Shown: positions 18,641 through 29,390, counted from the stretch's first letter. The stretch: 64,000 nt of DNA from an uncultured Gammaproteobacteria bacterium (GCA_964500725.1 CAZCNP010000001.1:257520-321519), one strand, 5' to 3'. A program made the numbers and translations. Notes: generated by a model from the sequence alone, not told the origin.

Positions 18641-20485
18641 TCATTCCCCTAAAGTTTTTCCTGACTGGGTAGCAGGAGTATATATATCTTGAATTAATTT
18701 ATTTTTATCTGGAGAAAAGTACCACCTAAATGCTTCTTTAACAATAGGTGATGCCACAGAGGAACCTTCCCCCCCACCTTCTATCAGCACTGTCATCACA
18801 ATCTTAGGAGCATCAGCTGGGGCATAACCTGTATACCAGGCATGAGTCCTATCTTTTGGATCACCATACTCTGCAGTCCCAGTTTTTCCAGCTGTAGCAA
18901 TAGGAAAGGTGAAAAATGGCCAGGCTGTTCCTCCTTCTTTAGGTACTAACTTAAGACCGTCTTTGACAAGATCAATTTTTTCCCTTGAAAGCAAATTAGA
19001 TACTAATACCTTAGGCTTGCTGGAAAGCAACACTTCAGGTTTGTATAAAATTCCGTTAGCAGCAATGAAGGAGGTAACTCCTAAAATTTGTAGTGGTGTT
19101 GTCAAAACAAACCCTTGTCCGATTGACATATGCAAAGTATCCCCAGGATACCAAGGCAAACTATAAACTTTTTGCTTCCAAAGCTCATCAGGAACAAGCC
19201 CTATCTCTTCCCCTGGCAAGTCAATATTTAATTTTTTGCCTAACATTAGTTTTTTAGACCACTCCACTAAAGAATCCTGGCCAATAATTTGCGCCACTTT
19301 ATAAAAGTAAGTATCATTTGAACGCATCAGGGCTTTTTGCATATTTACCATACCTTCTACCTTGCCATACTGGTTAAAGTACCAATTGGTAAATTTATAT
19401 GGCCCTAAATACATAATTCCATTGTCTTCAAAGCTGGTATTTGCTGTAATTTTGCCTGAAGATAATGCTGCCAAGGATGAGACTATTTTATAGGTAGATC
19501 CTGGAGGATAAGTCCCACCTATAACCCTATTTAAAATTGGCGAATCAGAGCGAGAAAAAATCTCACTAATTCTGCCTTCCATATCATTTTTGGTGAAAAT
19601 GTTTGGATCAAACGAAGGCACAGAAACCAAGGCTAAAATCTTCCCACTGGTTGGATCCATCGCAACCGCTGTCCCGCAACAACTGTTTACCTTATCTAAA
19701 GTTTCACTTACCAGTTGATAAAGTTTTTCCTGAAGCTGCCAGTCAATTGATAGATAAATATTTTGTCCAGGAATTGTAGGTTGCAATCTTAAGGTTCGGA
19801 TCTTATTTCCCTTGGAATCTACCTCGATAATTTCTCCCCCGTCTATCCCTCTCAACAATTTTTCATACTGGGCTTCTATACCACTTTTGCCAATTTGATC
19901 TCCTAAACGATAATTTCCAGATTCTTGATTCTTAAGCTGCTCCTCAGAAATCTCCCCCATGTATCCTAAAACATGAGCAAGTTTTTCACCCATTGGATAA
20001 TTTCTGACATTATCAATTTCTAAGTTGGCTACCCGAGGGTCGTTTTTTACTTCAAGCTCTAGCGCCTGATCTCTACTGATAAACCTAACTTTGCGTCCAC
20101 TTGCTGCGGGATTATTTAAGCGAAAAGCTGGGGAATTAGCTGCCAAAACTTCACCATTCCTATCATAGATTACTCCTCGTGGAGCATGAATAATTTTCAC
20201 CTGGATACGGTTGCCATCAGCCAGATTTCTATTAGAGTCTCCGTTAACTATTTGCAAATGAAACAACCTAACAAAAAGTACAAAAAACAATATTAAACAA
20301 AATGAGGAAAAAAAGATTATTCTCCAGGTAATATTTTCTTTTATCTCTTCACTTTTAGGCTGGTAATTAGGCAACAGAACATCCGTCCAATCAGCAGCAT
20401 CTTTTTTGAAATGGCCAATTTTACTGGTTACTTTTGCAATTTCATCAGTAAAACCAGGACCTAAACTTCGTTTTTTGCGGATCAT
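18641..20485 (-). CDS. mrdA: Penicillin-binding protein 2
   Basis: APRGVIYDRNG, PGSTYK (SxxK), SND, KTGT; lies with mreC and mreD. Confidence 0.95.
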   Translation of the reverse strand: MIRKKRSLGPGFTDEIAKVTSKIGHFKKDAADWTDVLLPNYQPKSEEIKENITWRIIFFSSFCLILFFVLFVRLFHLQIVNGDSNRNLADGNRIQVKIIHAPRGVIYDRNGEVLAANSPAFRLNNPAASGRKVRFISRDQALELEVKNDPRVANLEIDNVRNYPMGEKLAHVLGYMGEISEEQLKNQESGNYRLGDQIGKSGIEAQYEKLLRGIDGGEIIEVDSKGNKIRTLRLQPTIPGQNIYLSIDWQLQEKLYQLVSETLDKVNSCCGTAVAMDPTSGKILALVSVPSFDPNIFTKNDMEGRISEIFSRSDSPILNRVIGGTYPPGSTYKIVSSLAALSSGKITANTSFEDNGIMYLGPYKFTNWYFNQYGKVEGMVNMQKALMRSNDTYFYKVAQIIGQDSLVEWSKKLMLGKKLNIDLPGEEIGLVPDELWKQKVYSLPWYPGDTLHMSIGQGFVLTTPLQILGVTSFIAANGILYKPEVLLSSKPKVLVSNLLSREKIDLVKDGLKLVPKEGGTAWPFFTFPIATAGKTGTAEYGDPKDRTHAWYTGYAPADAPKIVMTVLIEGGGEGSSVASPIVKEAFRWYFSPDKNKLIQDIYTPATQSGKTLGE

Positions 20486-20510
20486 AACTTCTTTACTACA
20501 CGTAAAATTT

Positions 20511-20954
20511 TTATACCCGTAATTTTATTTCTTTACGGACGATAAACCTTTCCTCCCACAACTTAACTAGATAAAACGCCGGCAAGGAAAGTAACGCAGC
20601 GATGATTACTCCTGAAAACTCCATAGTTGTATTAGTTAACACGGAATTTATAAACTCGCTTAAAGTTAATAGAATCATACTGATTGGCACAATCAGCAAA
20701 GGATTTCCTGCTAAATTAGATCTGGATAATATTTGGACCGCTTGAACAATAACAAGATAAATTATGCTATACAACCCTAAGCTTATTAAGCTTAAATGGG
20801 CGGTCAGCAAACCAAAAGCAAAAGCCAAAGACAAGTTCTCCTTCTCGGATCTAACATATGCTCTGCAGATTAAAATCAGCAAGACAAAATCAACAGGTAA
20901 AATTGTAGTCTGCAAAAAAGCAGCCAGTATTAAAATAATAATTAAAGCTTTCAT
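20511..20954 (-). CDS. mreD: Rod shape protein MreD-like membrane protein
   Basis: Multi-TM protein between mreC and mrdA; AFAFGLL motif. Confidence 0.7.
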   Translation of the reverse strand: MKALIIILILAAFLQTTILPVDFVLLILICRAYVRSEKENLSLAFAFGLLTAHLSLISLGLYSIIYLVIVQAVQILSRSNLAGNPLLIVPISMILLTLSEFINSVLTNTTMEFSGVIIAALLSLPAFYLVKLWEERFIVRKEIKLRV

Positions 20955-20959
20955 AATTT

Positions 20960-21748
20960 TTACTCTACAATCACAAATACTAGCTCCAAATCTCTAATAT
21001 CAAATATGGACTGAACTTTAGCTTGTTTAAATACCTCATTTTCCCTTTCCATAACTTGAATAACTTTTCCCAAAACTAAACCCCTTGGTAAAAACCCTTC
21101 AGTTCCTTCTGAATAAACTAAATCCCCAATGCTTATTTTTTCCTCATGTAATATTTTATCCAGCAAAACATCTGTACCAAATTGTCCAACCAATATTCCC
21201 TTTGCCCTACCTTCATTATTTTGAGAAAAAGCAGCAACTTTAGAGCTTGGATCTGTTAAAAGTTGTATATTTGAGGCTGCAGGCGACACATCAACTACCT
21301 TACCTATAAAATTATCTTCAAAAACTACAGCTTGCCCGACTTTAATACCAGAGCTACTACCTTTATCGATTTTTAAATTTCTTCCCAAACCCATAGGCCT
21401 AGCTGGTAGCACATTATAAGTACTAGGGTCAAGACTTTGTTGTTGAGAAAGAAGACTTTGGGTCTCTGCCACTTTTTTTCTTAAGTTTGCATTCTCAGAT
21501 AAAAGTTTTCCAACTTGCTCTTTTAAAGCTTTATTTTCTTGCGCTGCAAAACGGGCTTGGAAAATAAAATGGAATTGCTTGCCGATATTTCTACTGGTAC
21601 CATACATCCCAAAAGAGACAGGGTTGGTAATGTAAAAAACTAACTTTTTGGGTAAATTGAGAAGGTTAATAGTATCTAAAAGAAAAATTACTAAACTAGA
21701 AAAAATAAGTATTAAAAAAAATTTGATATTGGGCACCGTCTTTTCCAT
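20960..21748 (-). CDS. mreC: Rod shape protein MreC
   Basis: TM plus coiled coil (ENKALKEQ), IDKGSSSGIKVG, FLPRGLVLGKV. Confidence 0.93.
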   Translation of the reverse strand: MEKTVPNIKFFLILIFSSLVIFLLDTINLLNLPKKLVFYITNPVSFGMYGTSRNIGKQFHFIFQARFAAQENKALKEQVGKLLSENANLRKKVAETQSLLSQQQSLDPSTYNVLPARPMGLGRNLKIDKGSSSGIKVGQAVVFEDNFIGKVVDVSPAASNIQLLTDPSSKVAAFSQNNEGRAKGILVGQFGTDVLLDKILHEEKISIGDLVYSEGTEGFLPRGLVLGKVIQVMERENEVFKQAKVQSIFDIRDLELVFVIVE

Positions 21749-21822
21749 TTAATTTTCCCAATATAACACTCATAGGAAATACTTGCAAAGTGTTTTACAG
21801 CACGTTATAGTCTAGACACTAC

Positions 21823-22587
21823 ATGAGCAATGCTTTTTTAGGTAAATTAACAACAAAATGGGATGAAGGAAAATTTGTCTGTGTGGGATTGGACTCTGCT
21901 GATTTTGCCCTTAATCAAAAAGTTATAGATGCAACATTTGATTTAGTCTGTGCTTATAAACCAAATAGCGCTTTTTATGAGGCAGAAGGAATAAAGGGTT
22001 TAGAAACCTTAAAAAAAACTGTCCAATATATTAAAGAAAAATCTCCTGAGATACCTATAATTTTAGATGCTAAAAGAGGCGATATTGGGAATACCAACGA
22101 AGCTTACGTTGTGGCTGCTTTTAATGAATTAGGAGTTGATGCCATCACAGTCCATCCTTATTTGGGCAAAGAAGCTCTGCAGCCTTTTTTGGATAGAACT
22201 GATAAGGGGATTATTATTTTAGTAAAAACATCCAATCCTGGGGCTGGAGAATTCCAAGATCTAGAAGTTGAAGGAAAACCACTTTATCAAGTTGTAGCAG
22301 AACATGTTAGGGAGTGGAATACCAACGGAAACTGTGCAGTGGTAGTTGGAGCTACTTACCCAGAAGAGTTAAAAATAGTAAGAGAAATTATTGGAGATGC
22401 GCCGATTCTAGTTCCAGGAGTTGGAACCCAAGGAGGAGATTTATCAGCAACTTTAAAAAATGGTTTAAATAGCAAAAAACAGGGTTTAATCATCAACTCT
22501 TCCAGAGGTATTATCTTAGCCCCAGATCCCAGAGAAGCTGCTTTAACACTACATTCTCAAATCCAGGAGATTTTAAAAGATGAATAA
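21823..22587 (+). CDS. pyrF: Orotidine-5'-phosphate decarboxylase
   Basis: CVGLD, YKPNSAFYE, LDAKRGDIGNT, VVGATYP, LVPGVGTQGG, SSRGI. Confidence 0.96.
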   Translation: MSNAFLGKLTTKWDEGKFVCVGLDSADFALNQKVIDATFDLVCAYKPNSAFYEAEGIKGLETLKKTVQYIKEKSPEIPIILDAKRGDIGNTNEAYVVAAFNELGVDAITVHPYLGKEALQPFLDRTDKGIIILVKTSNPGAGEFQDLEVEGKPLYQVVAEHVREWNTNGNCAVVVGATYPEELKIVREIIGDAPILVPGVGTQGGDLSATLKNGLNSKKQGLIINSSRGIILAPDPREAALTLHSQIQEILKDE

Positions 22588-23227
22588 TACCTCACAAGCT
22601 GTTGCTAAAATACTGCTTGAGCTAAATGCTATTTCTTTAAATTCCAAAAAACCATTTAGATATGCTTCAGGAATACTTTCTCCTATTTATACTGACTGCA
22701 GGGTGTTGATGGCATACCCTGATAAAAGAAGAGAGATTAGAGACTTCTACATTGAGACGATCCAAAACTCTGCTGACCCTTTTGATGTAGTTGCAGGCAC
22801 TGCCACAGCAGGCATTCCCCATGCTGCCTGGATTGCTGATAAGTTAAATCTACCAATGGTTTATGTGAGAGGAAAAGCTAAAGATCATGGTAAGCAAAAT
22901 TTGATGGAAGGAATTATAAAAAAAGGCCAAAAAGCCATAGTTATTGAAGATTTAGTTTCAACTGGAGAAAGCGCAATAAACAGCGTCAATGCAATAAAAC
23001 AGGCTGGGGGGGAAATTTCTCATGTTTTTTCTATCATTACCTATAGTCTTTCCAAAGCTGAAGAATCTTTTACAGAAAATAATCTCCAGCTGGTTTCTCT
23101 TACCACCTTTAAAGATGTGGTGGAAGAAGCCCAGAAAATGGACCATATTACTAAAGAAGATATGCAGATTATATTAGACTGGACCTCAGATCCACTTACC
23201 TGGGGCAAAAGAATGGGCTTCGAATAG
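22580..23227 (+). CDS. pyrE: Orotate phosphoribosyltransferase
   Basis: SGILSPIYTDCR, ATAGIPHA, YVRGKAKDHG, VIEDLVSTGES. Confidence 0.96.
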   Translation: MNNTSQAVAKILLELNAISLNSKKPFRYASGILSPIYTDCRVLMAYPDKRREIRDFYIETIQNSADPFDVVAGTATAGIPHAAWIADKLNLPMVYVRGKAKDHGKQNLMEGIIKKGQKAIVIEDLVSTGESAINSVNAIKQAGGEISHVFSIITYSLSKAEESFTENNLQLVSLTTFKDVVEEAQKMDHITKEDMQIILDWTSDPLTWGKRMGFE

Positions 23228-23232
23228 AAGAT

Positions 23233-24300
23233 TTAAGCTTCCTTTTTTATCTCTTGAGCCAAATAGGGGTTCCACATAGCTCCTGTGGCACTCATTACTA
23301 TATCTGCTCCAGCTTGTTTATACTCAAAATAATCTTCTGACTTAGTAACTCCCCCCACTCCTATAACCAATATTTTTAATCTTTGATCTTTAATTTTTGA
23401 TTTTAATTTTCTCGCCATATCCAATCCCGCCCATCTAATAGCAGCTCCACATACTCCAGATTTTAACCTATTCTTTCCAGGCAAAGCTTGGTTACCATCT
23501 TTATCTACAATTTCTGCAGCTATGGTATTAATAGCAGCAATCCCTTGAGCATATTGAGAAGCAACTTCTACTAATCTTTTAATGTCTTCATCATTTTGAA
23601 AATAACCAACCTTAAGTACTAAGGGTGAATCTCCTAATTCTTCTCTTATGGCCTTACAAACTTTCCCTGTCATATCTAGGTTATAACAAACTAGCCCTTC
23701 ATTACCTATATTAGGACAAGATAAATTAGCCTCAAAAACTCTTGCCCCAGTTTGTTTTGATAACCTGGCAGCCTGCCTCCAATCCTCAATAAAATCTTGT
23801 TCAGTTTGGTTTTCTCTAACAGTCCCCATAAAAGATAAAACCAAAACTTGCCCTTTTCCAGCAAAAGATATAGCCTTTTTAACATCTTCCTGCCAAACAG
23901 ATGGGTCTTTGGATGGCACTCCAAATGAGTTAGTAATAGATAAAGGCTCAGGGTAATTTGTGTCTCCAATAAGTTTACCTTGGGCTTTCTCAAGGGTCAA
24001 ATCACCATCGACTTTTACAGATAAAATATTAGGATAAGGGTGTGAAGGAAAAACATTAGCCCTAACAGTTTTATAAACACAAATATCAAAGCCCTTTTCA
24101 AAAGCAGCTTTACAGAATTTAGAATTTAGAAGCGGTCCTGCTGGAATCCCAAAAGGAAGATATATTTTTTGACCAAAAAAGTCATACTCAGGTTCCCCTG
24201 TTTGCTCATACACTTGTCCGTCATTGAAGGCCCCAAAAGGACCATCATTGTAGTTATCCTCATAGCTTTTGTTCGGATCGTAAAAAGGAGTCTTTAACAT
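23233..24300 (-). CDS. pyrD: Dihydroorotate dehydrogenase-like FMN enzyme
   Basis: GIPAGPLLN, YKT, EANLSCPN, AAINTI, IGVGGV; adjacent to pyrFE. Confidence 0.75.
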   Translation of the reverse strand: MLKTPFYDPNKSYEDNYNDGPFGAFNDGQVYEQTGEPEYDFFGQKIYLPFGIPAGPLLNSKFCKAAFEKGFDICVYKTVRANVFPSHPYPNILSVKVDGDLTLEKAQGKLIGDTNYPEPLSITNSFGVPSKDPSVWQEDVKKAISFAGKGQVLVLSFMGTVRENQTEQDFIEDWRQAARLSKQTGARVFEANLSCPNIGNEGLVCYNLDMTGKVCKAIREELGDSPLVLKVGYFQNDEDIKRLVEVASQYAQGIAAINTIAAEIVDKDGNQALPGKNRLKSGVCGAAIRWAGLDMARKLKSKIKDQRLKILVIGVGGVTKSEDYFEYKQAGADIVMSATGAMWNPYLAQEIKKEA

Positions 24301-24324
24301 AAGTAAATATTAACACAATTTAAA

Positions 24325-24954
24325 CTAACTTAAAATTTCCAAAAGCTCTTCTATATCATCTATTATAAAATCAGGATTATATTGAGCAATATCTTTACCT
24401 AAAAATCCATAAGTTACTCCCACAGTTTTCACCCCAGCATTTTTCCCAGCCAAAATATCATCACCTGTATCACCTACCATATAAGCATTTATTGGCTCTA
24501 CTCCTAATTTTCCAAGAGCAGTCAACACATGCTCTTTGTGTGGCTTTGGATTCTTTACATCATCAGCACTTACTACAACATCGAAGAACCTAGCAACTTT
24601 GGTAACTTTTAAAGAATACACAAGGCTATAACCCAACCTATTACTTACACCAGCCAACAAAAAGCCCTTATCTTTTAAAGTTTTAAGAACTTCTTTTGTA
24701 GCTTTAAATGGTTTAACTAAATGAAAATTTTCTTGTTGAAATTGTTTATGAGTTTCTGAAAGCTCTATCATGTTTCCCTCAGGAATTAGTGTTTGATAAA
24801 ATTCTAAGAGTGGCTTTCCTAAAGCTGTTTTGATATTTATATCAGAAGGGTAAGAATGATTATAAAAAGCAGTAGTATATTTTACAGCATCAAATACAAA
24901 ATTATAGGTATCTAAAAGCGTCCCATCAATATCAAAAAGAATTGCTTTTTCTAT
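24325..24954 (-). CDS. HAD-family hydrolase (Gph/PpaX-like), probably starting at ATA
   Basis: The frame extends upstream of the track start (24771) to include motif I, KAILFDIDGTLLDT. Also KPHKE and MVGDTGDDILAG. The only start before motif I is a near-cognate codon, best ATA 24952-24954 overlapping the mreB stop. Confidence 0.88.
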   Translation of the reverse strand: MEKAILFDIDGTLLDTYNFVFDAVKYTTAFYNHSYPSDINIKTALGKPLLEFYQTLIPEGNMIELSETHKQFQQENFHLVKPFKATKEVLKTLKDKGFLLAGVSNRLGYSLVYSLKVTKVARFFDVVVSADDVKNPKPHKEHVLTALGKLGVEPINAYMVGDTGDDILAGKNAGVKTVGVTYGFLGKDIAQYNPDFIIDDIEELLEILS

Positions 24955-26015
24955 CTTAACCCTCCTGTTACTCTAACTTTGGAAAGCAGGTTTAAATTAT
25001 TTAATACCTCCCCACAACCTCTAGCAACAGTTGTTAAAGGATCATCAGCCACATACACTGGCAGTTTTGTTTCCTCTGCCAATCTTTTATCTAGACCTTT
25101 TAGCAATGCCCCTCCTCCTGCCAAATATATCCCTCTTTCTACTATATCAGTCAAAAGCTCAGGAGGAGTTTCTTCTAACACTCCTTGTACTGCTGAGATT
25201 ATTTGGGAAACTGTTGGAGATAAAGCTTCTCTTATTTCTGCTGTGGTAACTTTGATAGACTTTGGCAAACCATTTGCCAGCTCTCTACCTCTGACTACTG
25301 TTGCCATATTATCTTTGTCTTTTAATGGATAAGCTGAGCCAATTTCTATTTTGACATCCTCAGCAGTTCGCTCCCCTATTAACATCCCATACCTTATTCT
25401 CATATAATTGATAATATCCTCATCCAACTCATCTCCTGCTACCCTTAAAGATTTATTAATTACCATACCTCCTAAAGATATAACTGCCATTTCTGCTGTT
25501 CCCCCACCAATATCTACAATCATTACTCCTTCGGGGTCTTCTACTGGCAGCTTAGCCCCAATTGCTGCAGCCATTGGCTCTTCTATTAAATATGCTTCTC
25601 TGGCCCCTGCTGAAAGACAGGCATCCTGCACAGCCCTTCTTTCTACCTCAGTTACCCCTGAGGGGATACCAACTACCACCCTAGGTCTGGGGATTTTAGG
25701 TAAAGAAAAAAGACCCTTGCCAGGGTTTTCATGAACTTTATGGATAAAGTATCTCAGCATAGCTTCTGTGGTATCAAAATCAGAAATTACCCCATCTCTT
25801 AAAGGTCTTACTGCCTCAATTGCAGCAGGAGTTCTGCCTAACATTCTTTTTGCTTCAGTCCCAATTGCTAAAATTTGTCTGGTTTTTCTATGCAAAGCAA
25901 CAACAGTGGGCTCCCTAATTACAATACCTTTACCTTTGACCAACACCAGAGTATTAACAGTACCCAAATCTATACCAATATCATGAGAAACAAGTTGCCA
26001 GATCTTACCAAACAT
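24951..26015 (-). CDS. mreB: Rod shape-determining protein MreB
   Basis: IGIDLGTVNT, RPLRDGVI, IEEPMAAAIGA, VDIGGGT, LAGGGALL. Confidence 0.98.
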   Translation of the reverse strand: MFGKIWQLVSHDIGIDLGTVNTLVLVKGKGIVIREPTVVALHRKTRQILAIGTEAKRMLGRTPAAIEAVRPLRDGVISDFDTTEAMLRYFIHKVHENPGKGLFSLPKIPRPRVVVGIPSGVTEVERRAVQDACLSAGAREAYLIEEPMAAAIGAKLPVEDPEGVMIVDIGGGTAEMAVISLGGMVINKSLRVAGDELDEDIINYMRIRYGMLIGERTAEDVKIEIGSAYPLKDKDNMATVVRGRELANGLPKSIKVTTAEIREALSPTVSQIISAVQGVLEETPPELLTDIVERGIYLAGGGALLKGLDKRLAEETKLPVYVADDPLTTVARGCGEVLNNLNLLSKVRVTGGLR

Positions 26016-26084
26016 GAGAGGAGTTTAACATATAAATTGACAATTGAGAATTGACAAGGCTTTCTGTTAGCATAATCTCAGGTA

Positions 26085-27878
26085 ATGAAATACAAAATAA
26101 TCTTTTCAAAACAATTTAGAGTTCCTCTGATAGTTTTAACTGGCATCTTAATTTATCTAATTTTAAAATTTTCAGGGCAAACTCTAATAGCAAATTTAGT
26201 AATTCTTTCAGTAATTATCTTAGGTTCTTATCAACTCTTTTTTGATACCATCAAAAAGCTTGCAAAGAATCGTTTTGCCCTGGACTATATTGCCATAGTT
26301 GCTTTACTTGTTGCCCTTTATACCCAGGAGTTTTTAGTAGCAGCAATCTTGGCTTTAATGCTTTCCTCTGGCAGAACTTTGGAAAATTATGCTGTTTCTC
26401 AGGCTAAAAAATCCTTAACCAGTTTAATTGATAGAATCCCCAGTGATGTTTTACTTTGGGAAAAAGAAAAAGCAGGAGAAAAAGTTAAGGTAAAAGATGT
26501 TAAAGTTGGGCAGTTAATATTTATAAGAGTAGGTGAGGTAATTCCACTAGATGGCATCTTAATCTCAGAAACAGGCCAAACTGATGAATCATCACTTACT
26601 GGAGAACCATATTTTATAGATAAAATAAAAGGGGATATTTTAAGATCAGGAACTGTTAATATAGGTAACCCTATTGTTATCAAAGTCACTAAAACAGAAG
26701 GCAATTCTACCTACAGTAAAATTATAGAACTTGTAAAAAAAGCTCAGGAAGAACAATCCCCCTTTGTTAGACTGGCAGATAGGTATAGTGCTGTTTTTAC
26801 TGCAATTACTTTTGTAATTGCCAGCTTTGCCCTAATTTCTTCCAACTTTGATTTAACTAGAGTCTTGGCCGTGCTGGCAATTGCTACCCCTTGTCCATTG
26901 ATTATTGCCACTCCTGTAGCTTTGTTAGGAGGTGTTAGCTCAGCTGCCAAAAGAAAAATCATTATTAAAAAATTAGCTTGTTTGGAAAGCTTAGCCAAAG
27001 TTAATACTATAGTTTTTGATAAAACTGGCACTATAACTTTAGGTAAACCAAAACTTGCTGAAATAATGCTTTTAACAAAGCAATTCACAAAACAACAAGT
27101 GTTAAGTATTGCAGAAAGCTTAGAAAGAAATTCCCTTCATCCTTTGGCCAAAGCAATTGTAATTAAAGCTCGCAGCAATAATGCTCCTATACAGCATGCA
27201 ACAAACGTTGCTGAAACAATTGGGCATGGCATCTCTGGCATGGTTGGCAAGGAAAAATTTTCTCTTTCTAAAATGGAAGATGATACAGATGGGATATGCA
27301 TCGAGCTTACATCAGACAAAAAAAAGACCGCCATTTTTAAATTTGAAGATGAGTTAAAAACAGATTCCCAAAAATCTTTTGCAACACTTAAAAGCCTAGG
27401 CTTGGATTTAAAAGTATTTACAGGAGATAAACAACTGGCAGCAGAAAAAATCATGCAGCAACTTAATCTAGATTTGGAAATTAGAGCCCAAATGTCACCA
27501 GAAGATAAACTAGCTGGAATAAAGGAGCTGCAAAAATCAGGAAAGGTAGTAGCTATGATTGGAGATGGAATCAATGATGCTCCAGCTTTGGCTCAAGCTA
27601 ATGTTGGACTAGTATTTTCCAACGAGGAACAAACATCTTCTTCTGAGGCAGCAGATATTGTATTTTTGGGAGGTGAAATATCTCAGGTTGTTAATTCTTT
27701 ACAGATTGCCAAAAAAACCATCAAAATTGCCCTGCAAAGTATAGGTTTTGGAATTGGCTTAAGTACTCTTGGAATGATTCTTGCAAGTTTTGGTTATATC
27801 CCCCCAATCTTTGGAGCAGGACTGCAAGAATTAATAGATGTGGCAGTGATTATTAATGCCTTAAGAGCAAGTATTTAA
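26085..27878 (+). CDS. Heavy-metal P1B-type ATPase
   Basis: SSLTGE, ATPCPL, FDKTGT, SLHPLA, GDGINDAPAL. Confidence 0.95.
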   Translation: MKYKIIFSKQFRVPLIVLTGILIYLILKFSGQTLIANLVILSVIILGSYQLFFDTIKKLAKNRFALDYIAIVALLVALYTQEFLVAAILALMLSSGRTLENYAVSQAKKSLTSLIDRIPSDVLLWEKEKAGEKVKVKDVKVGQLIFIRVGEVIPLDGILISETGQTDESSLTGEPYFIDKIKGDILRSGTVNIGNPIVIKVTKTEGNSTYSKIIELVKKAQEEQSPFVRLADRYSAVFTAITFVIASFALISSNFDLTRVLAVLAIATPCPLIIATPVALLGGVSSAAKRKIIIKKLACLESLAKVNTIVFDKTGTITLGKPKLAEIMLLTKQFTKQQVLSIAESLERNSLHPLAKAIVIKARSNNAPIQHATNVAETIGHGISGMVGKEKFSLSKMEDDTDGICIELTSDKKKTAIFKFEDELKTDSQKSFATLKSLGLDLKVFTGDKQLAAEKIMQQLNLDLEIRAQMSPEDKLAGIKELQKSGKVVAMIGDGINDAPALAQANVGLVFSNEEQTSSSEAADIVFLGGEISQVVNSLQIAKKTIKIALQSIGFGIGLSTLGMILASFGYIPPIFGAGLQELIDVAVIINALRASI

Positions 27879-27916
27879 GTAGACAAAATCCCAAGGCCAC
27901 AGTATTTTTATCCTAA

Positions 27917-29296
27917 TTACTGTCTTCTTGAACTAACCTTTTCTTTAATAGCATCATAAGCTAAATAAGAGAATAAAGCAGCAAAAATAAATGGTATTGC
28001 TGCATAACCTATGGCATACCCTACTATATGATCTACCTTTCTGACTACTCTGTTGGTAAAACTGTCATAACTTTTACACCTTGCTTGCCAGTTTTCCAGC
28101 TTACTTTGAGGCACTTCTAATATTTCCATCCCCTCTACTGCTCTTCTACCTAGCCATCTGGCTATCCCAGCCTGTCCAGCTTTAATCAGAATAATAGGTA
28201 AAAGAGTAGGCAGATCACTCATAAAATCAGGGTCCTCGCACTCAAAATAACAGCTATATAAACAGCCTTGGCATTTTTTTACTTGTTCCCTTTTTATTTG
28301 TCTCCAATCATTACTGTCTAAATCAATTGTGGTATCAAAACCTGTTCGTGCTTCTGGGCAGACTCCTACCTCACCTTTTTCTCCTACTGCCCTAACATGA
28401 ATAAAGGGATCTATTTCAGGGTTACATTTCCAGGAGTTGCCTGGGTATTGTTGGGCTTTGGTTAAATAATTACTATTATTTCTGACAAAACCTGTTCTTT
28501 TTAGATCCAATAAATCTTGAAAGACTTGTTGAATTTGTTCTTCAGTAGGAATTTGGCTCTGGACAGGAACGGTGGAAAATCCCCCTCCAATCTCTTGTAC
28601 AATAGAAGTGGTAAAAAGTATTCCATTTGCAATACAGGTCCTGGCATATAGAGAGATTGAATCTGCCCTCTCAGCTGTGAATACTCTGCTTACCATGGGA
28701 ACAATTCCTTCATTTGCTACAGCCCTTGCTTTGGCTACCAGATTTTTAAAACCTCTTGCTGTCCTTGTATGATCAGAAATAATCATAAAGTCTAACCCTG
28801 CTTTGCCTAAATTTTTAAGGGTACTGTAATTTTCTGGGGTTAAAAAATCACCATTAGTAGTAATATTGGTTACCATCCCTAATTTGGAAGCGTAGGCTAT
28901 AACCTCAGTGGCATGCTCAGCAAAAGTGAAACCTTCTTTTGTTCTAAATGGCTCCTCAGTTGCCCTCCGTATTGGATGTTTTGGATCTTCTGCAGCACAA
29001 AGCATCCCATATGGGCATCTAATATATTTTCCAGAAGTTATGGTGCCTATTCTTGGACAGGTTGCCAAAGTTTCACCTCCTAGATCATTTAAAACTCTAT
29101 AACCTAGTTGATGTATCCTATCTATTTGTCTACAAGTTTCATCTACAGTTGAAGCAGTTTGTGGATTCCAGTTTTTCTTAACATTACAATAACTACAATT
29201 TCTATCACAATTTTCTGGACCAACTACTATTGCCAAACTTCGTCCATCTTTGGCTGCTTGGTATGCTCCCCAGGCCTTTTTTACTTCAGCAATCAT
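27917..29296 (-). CDS. Radical SAM protein with C-terminal Cys cluster and TM tail
   Basis: CDRNCSYC (CxxxCxxC), LGGE, TTNG; C-terminal CQGCLYSCYFEC. Confidence 0.88.
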   Translation of the reverse strand: MIAEVKKAWGAYQAAKDGRSLAIVVGPENCDRNCSYCNVKKNWNPQTASTVDETCRQIDRIHQLGYRVLNDLGGETLATCPRIGTITSGKYIRCPYGMLCAAEDPKHPIRRATEEPFRTKEGFTFAEHATEVIAYASKLGMVTNITTNGDFLTPENYSTLKNLGKAGLDFMIISDHTRTARGFKNLVAKARAVANEGIVPMVSRVFTAERADSISLYARTCIANGILFTTSIVQEIGGGFSTVPVQSQIPTEEQIQQVFQDLLDLKRTGFVRNNSNYLTKAQQYPGNSWKCNPEIDPFIHVRAVGEKGEVGVCPEARTGFDTTIDLDSNDWRQIKREQVKKCQGCLYSCYFECEDPDFMSDLPTLLPIILIKAGQAGIARWLGRRAVEGMEILEVPQSKLENWQARCKSYDSFTNRVVRKVDHIVGYAIGYAAIPFIFAALFSYLAYDAIKEKVSSRRQ

Positions 29297-29390
29297 AGCT
29301 CCAGATTATTACATGCAAATCAATCCGGTGCAAATTAATTTATTAATCACTTGCTCCGCTATACCTCTCTCTGCTAGGATAAGTCATGGT

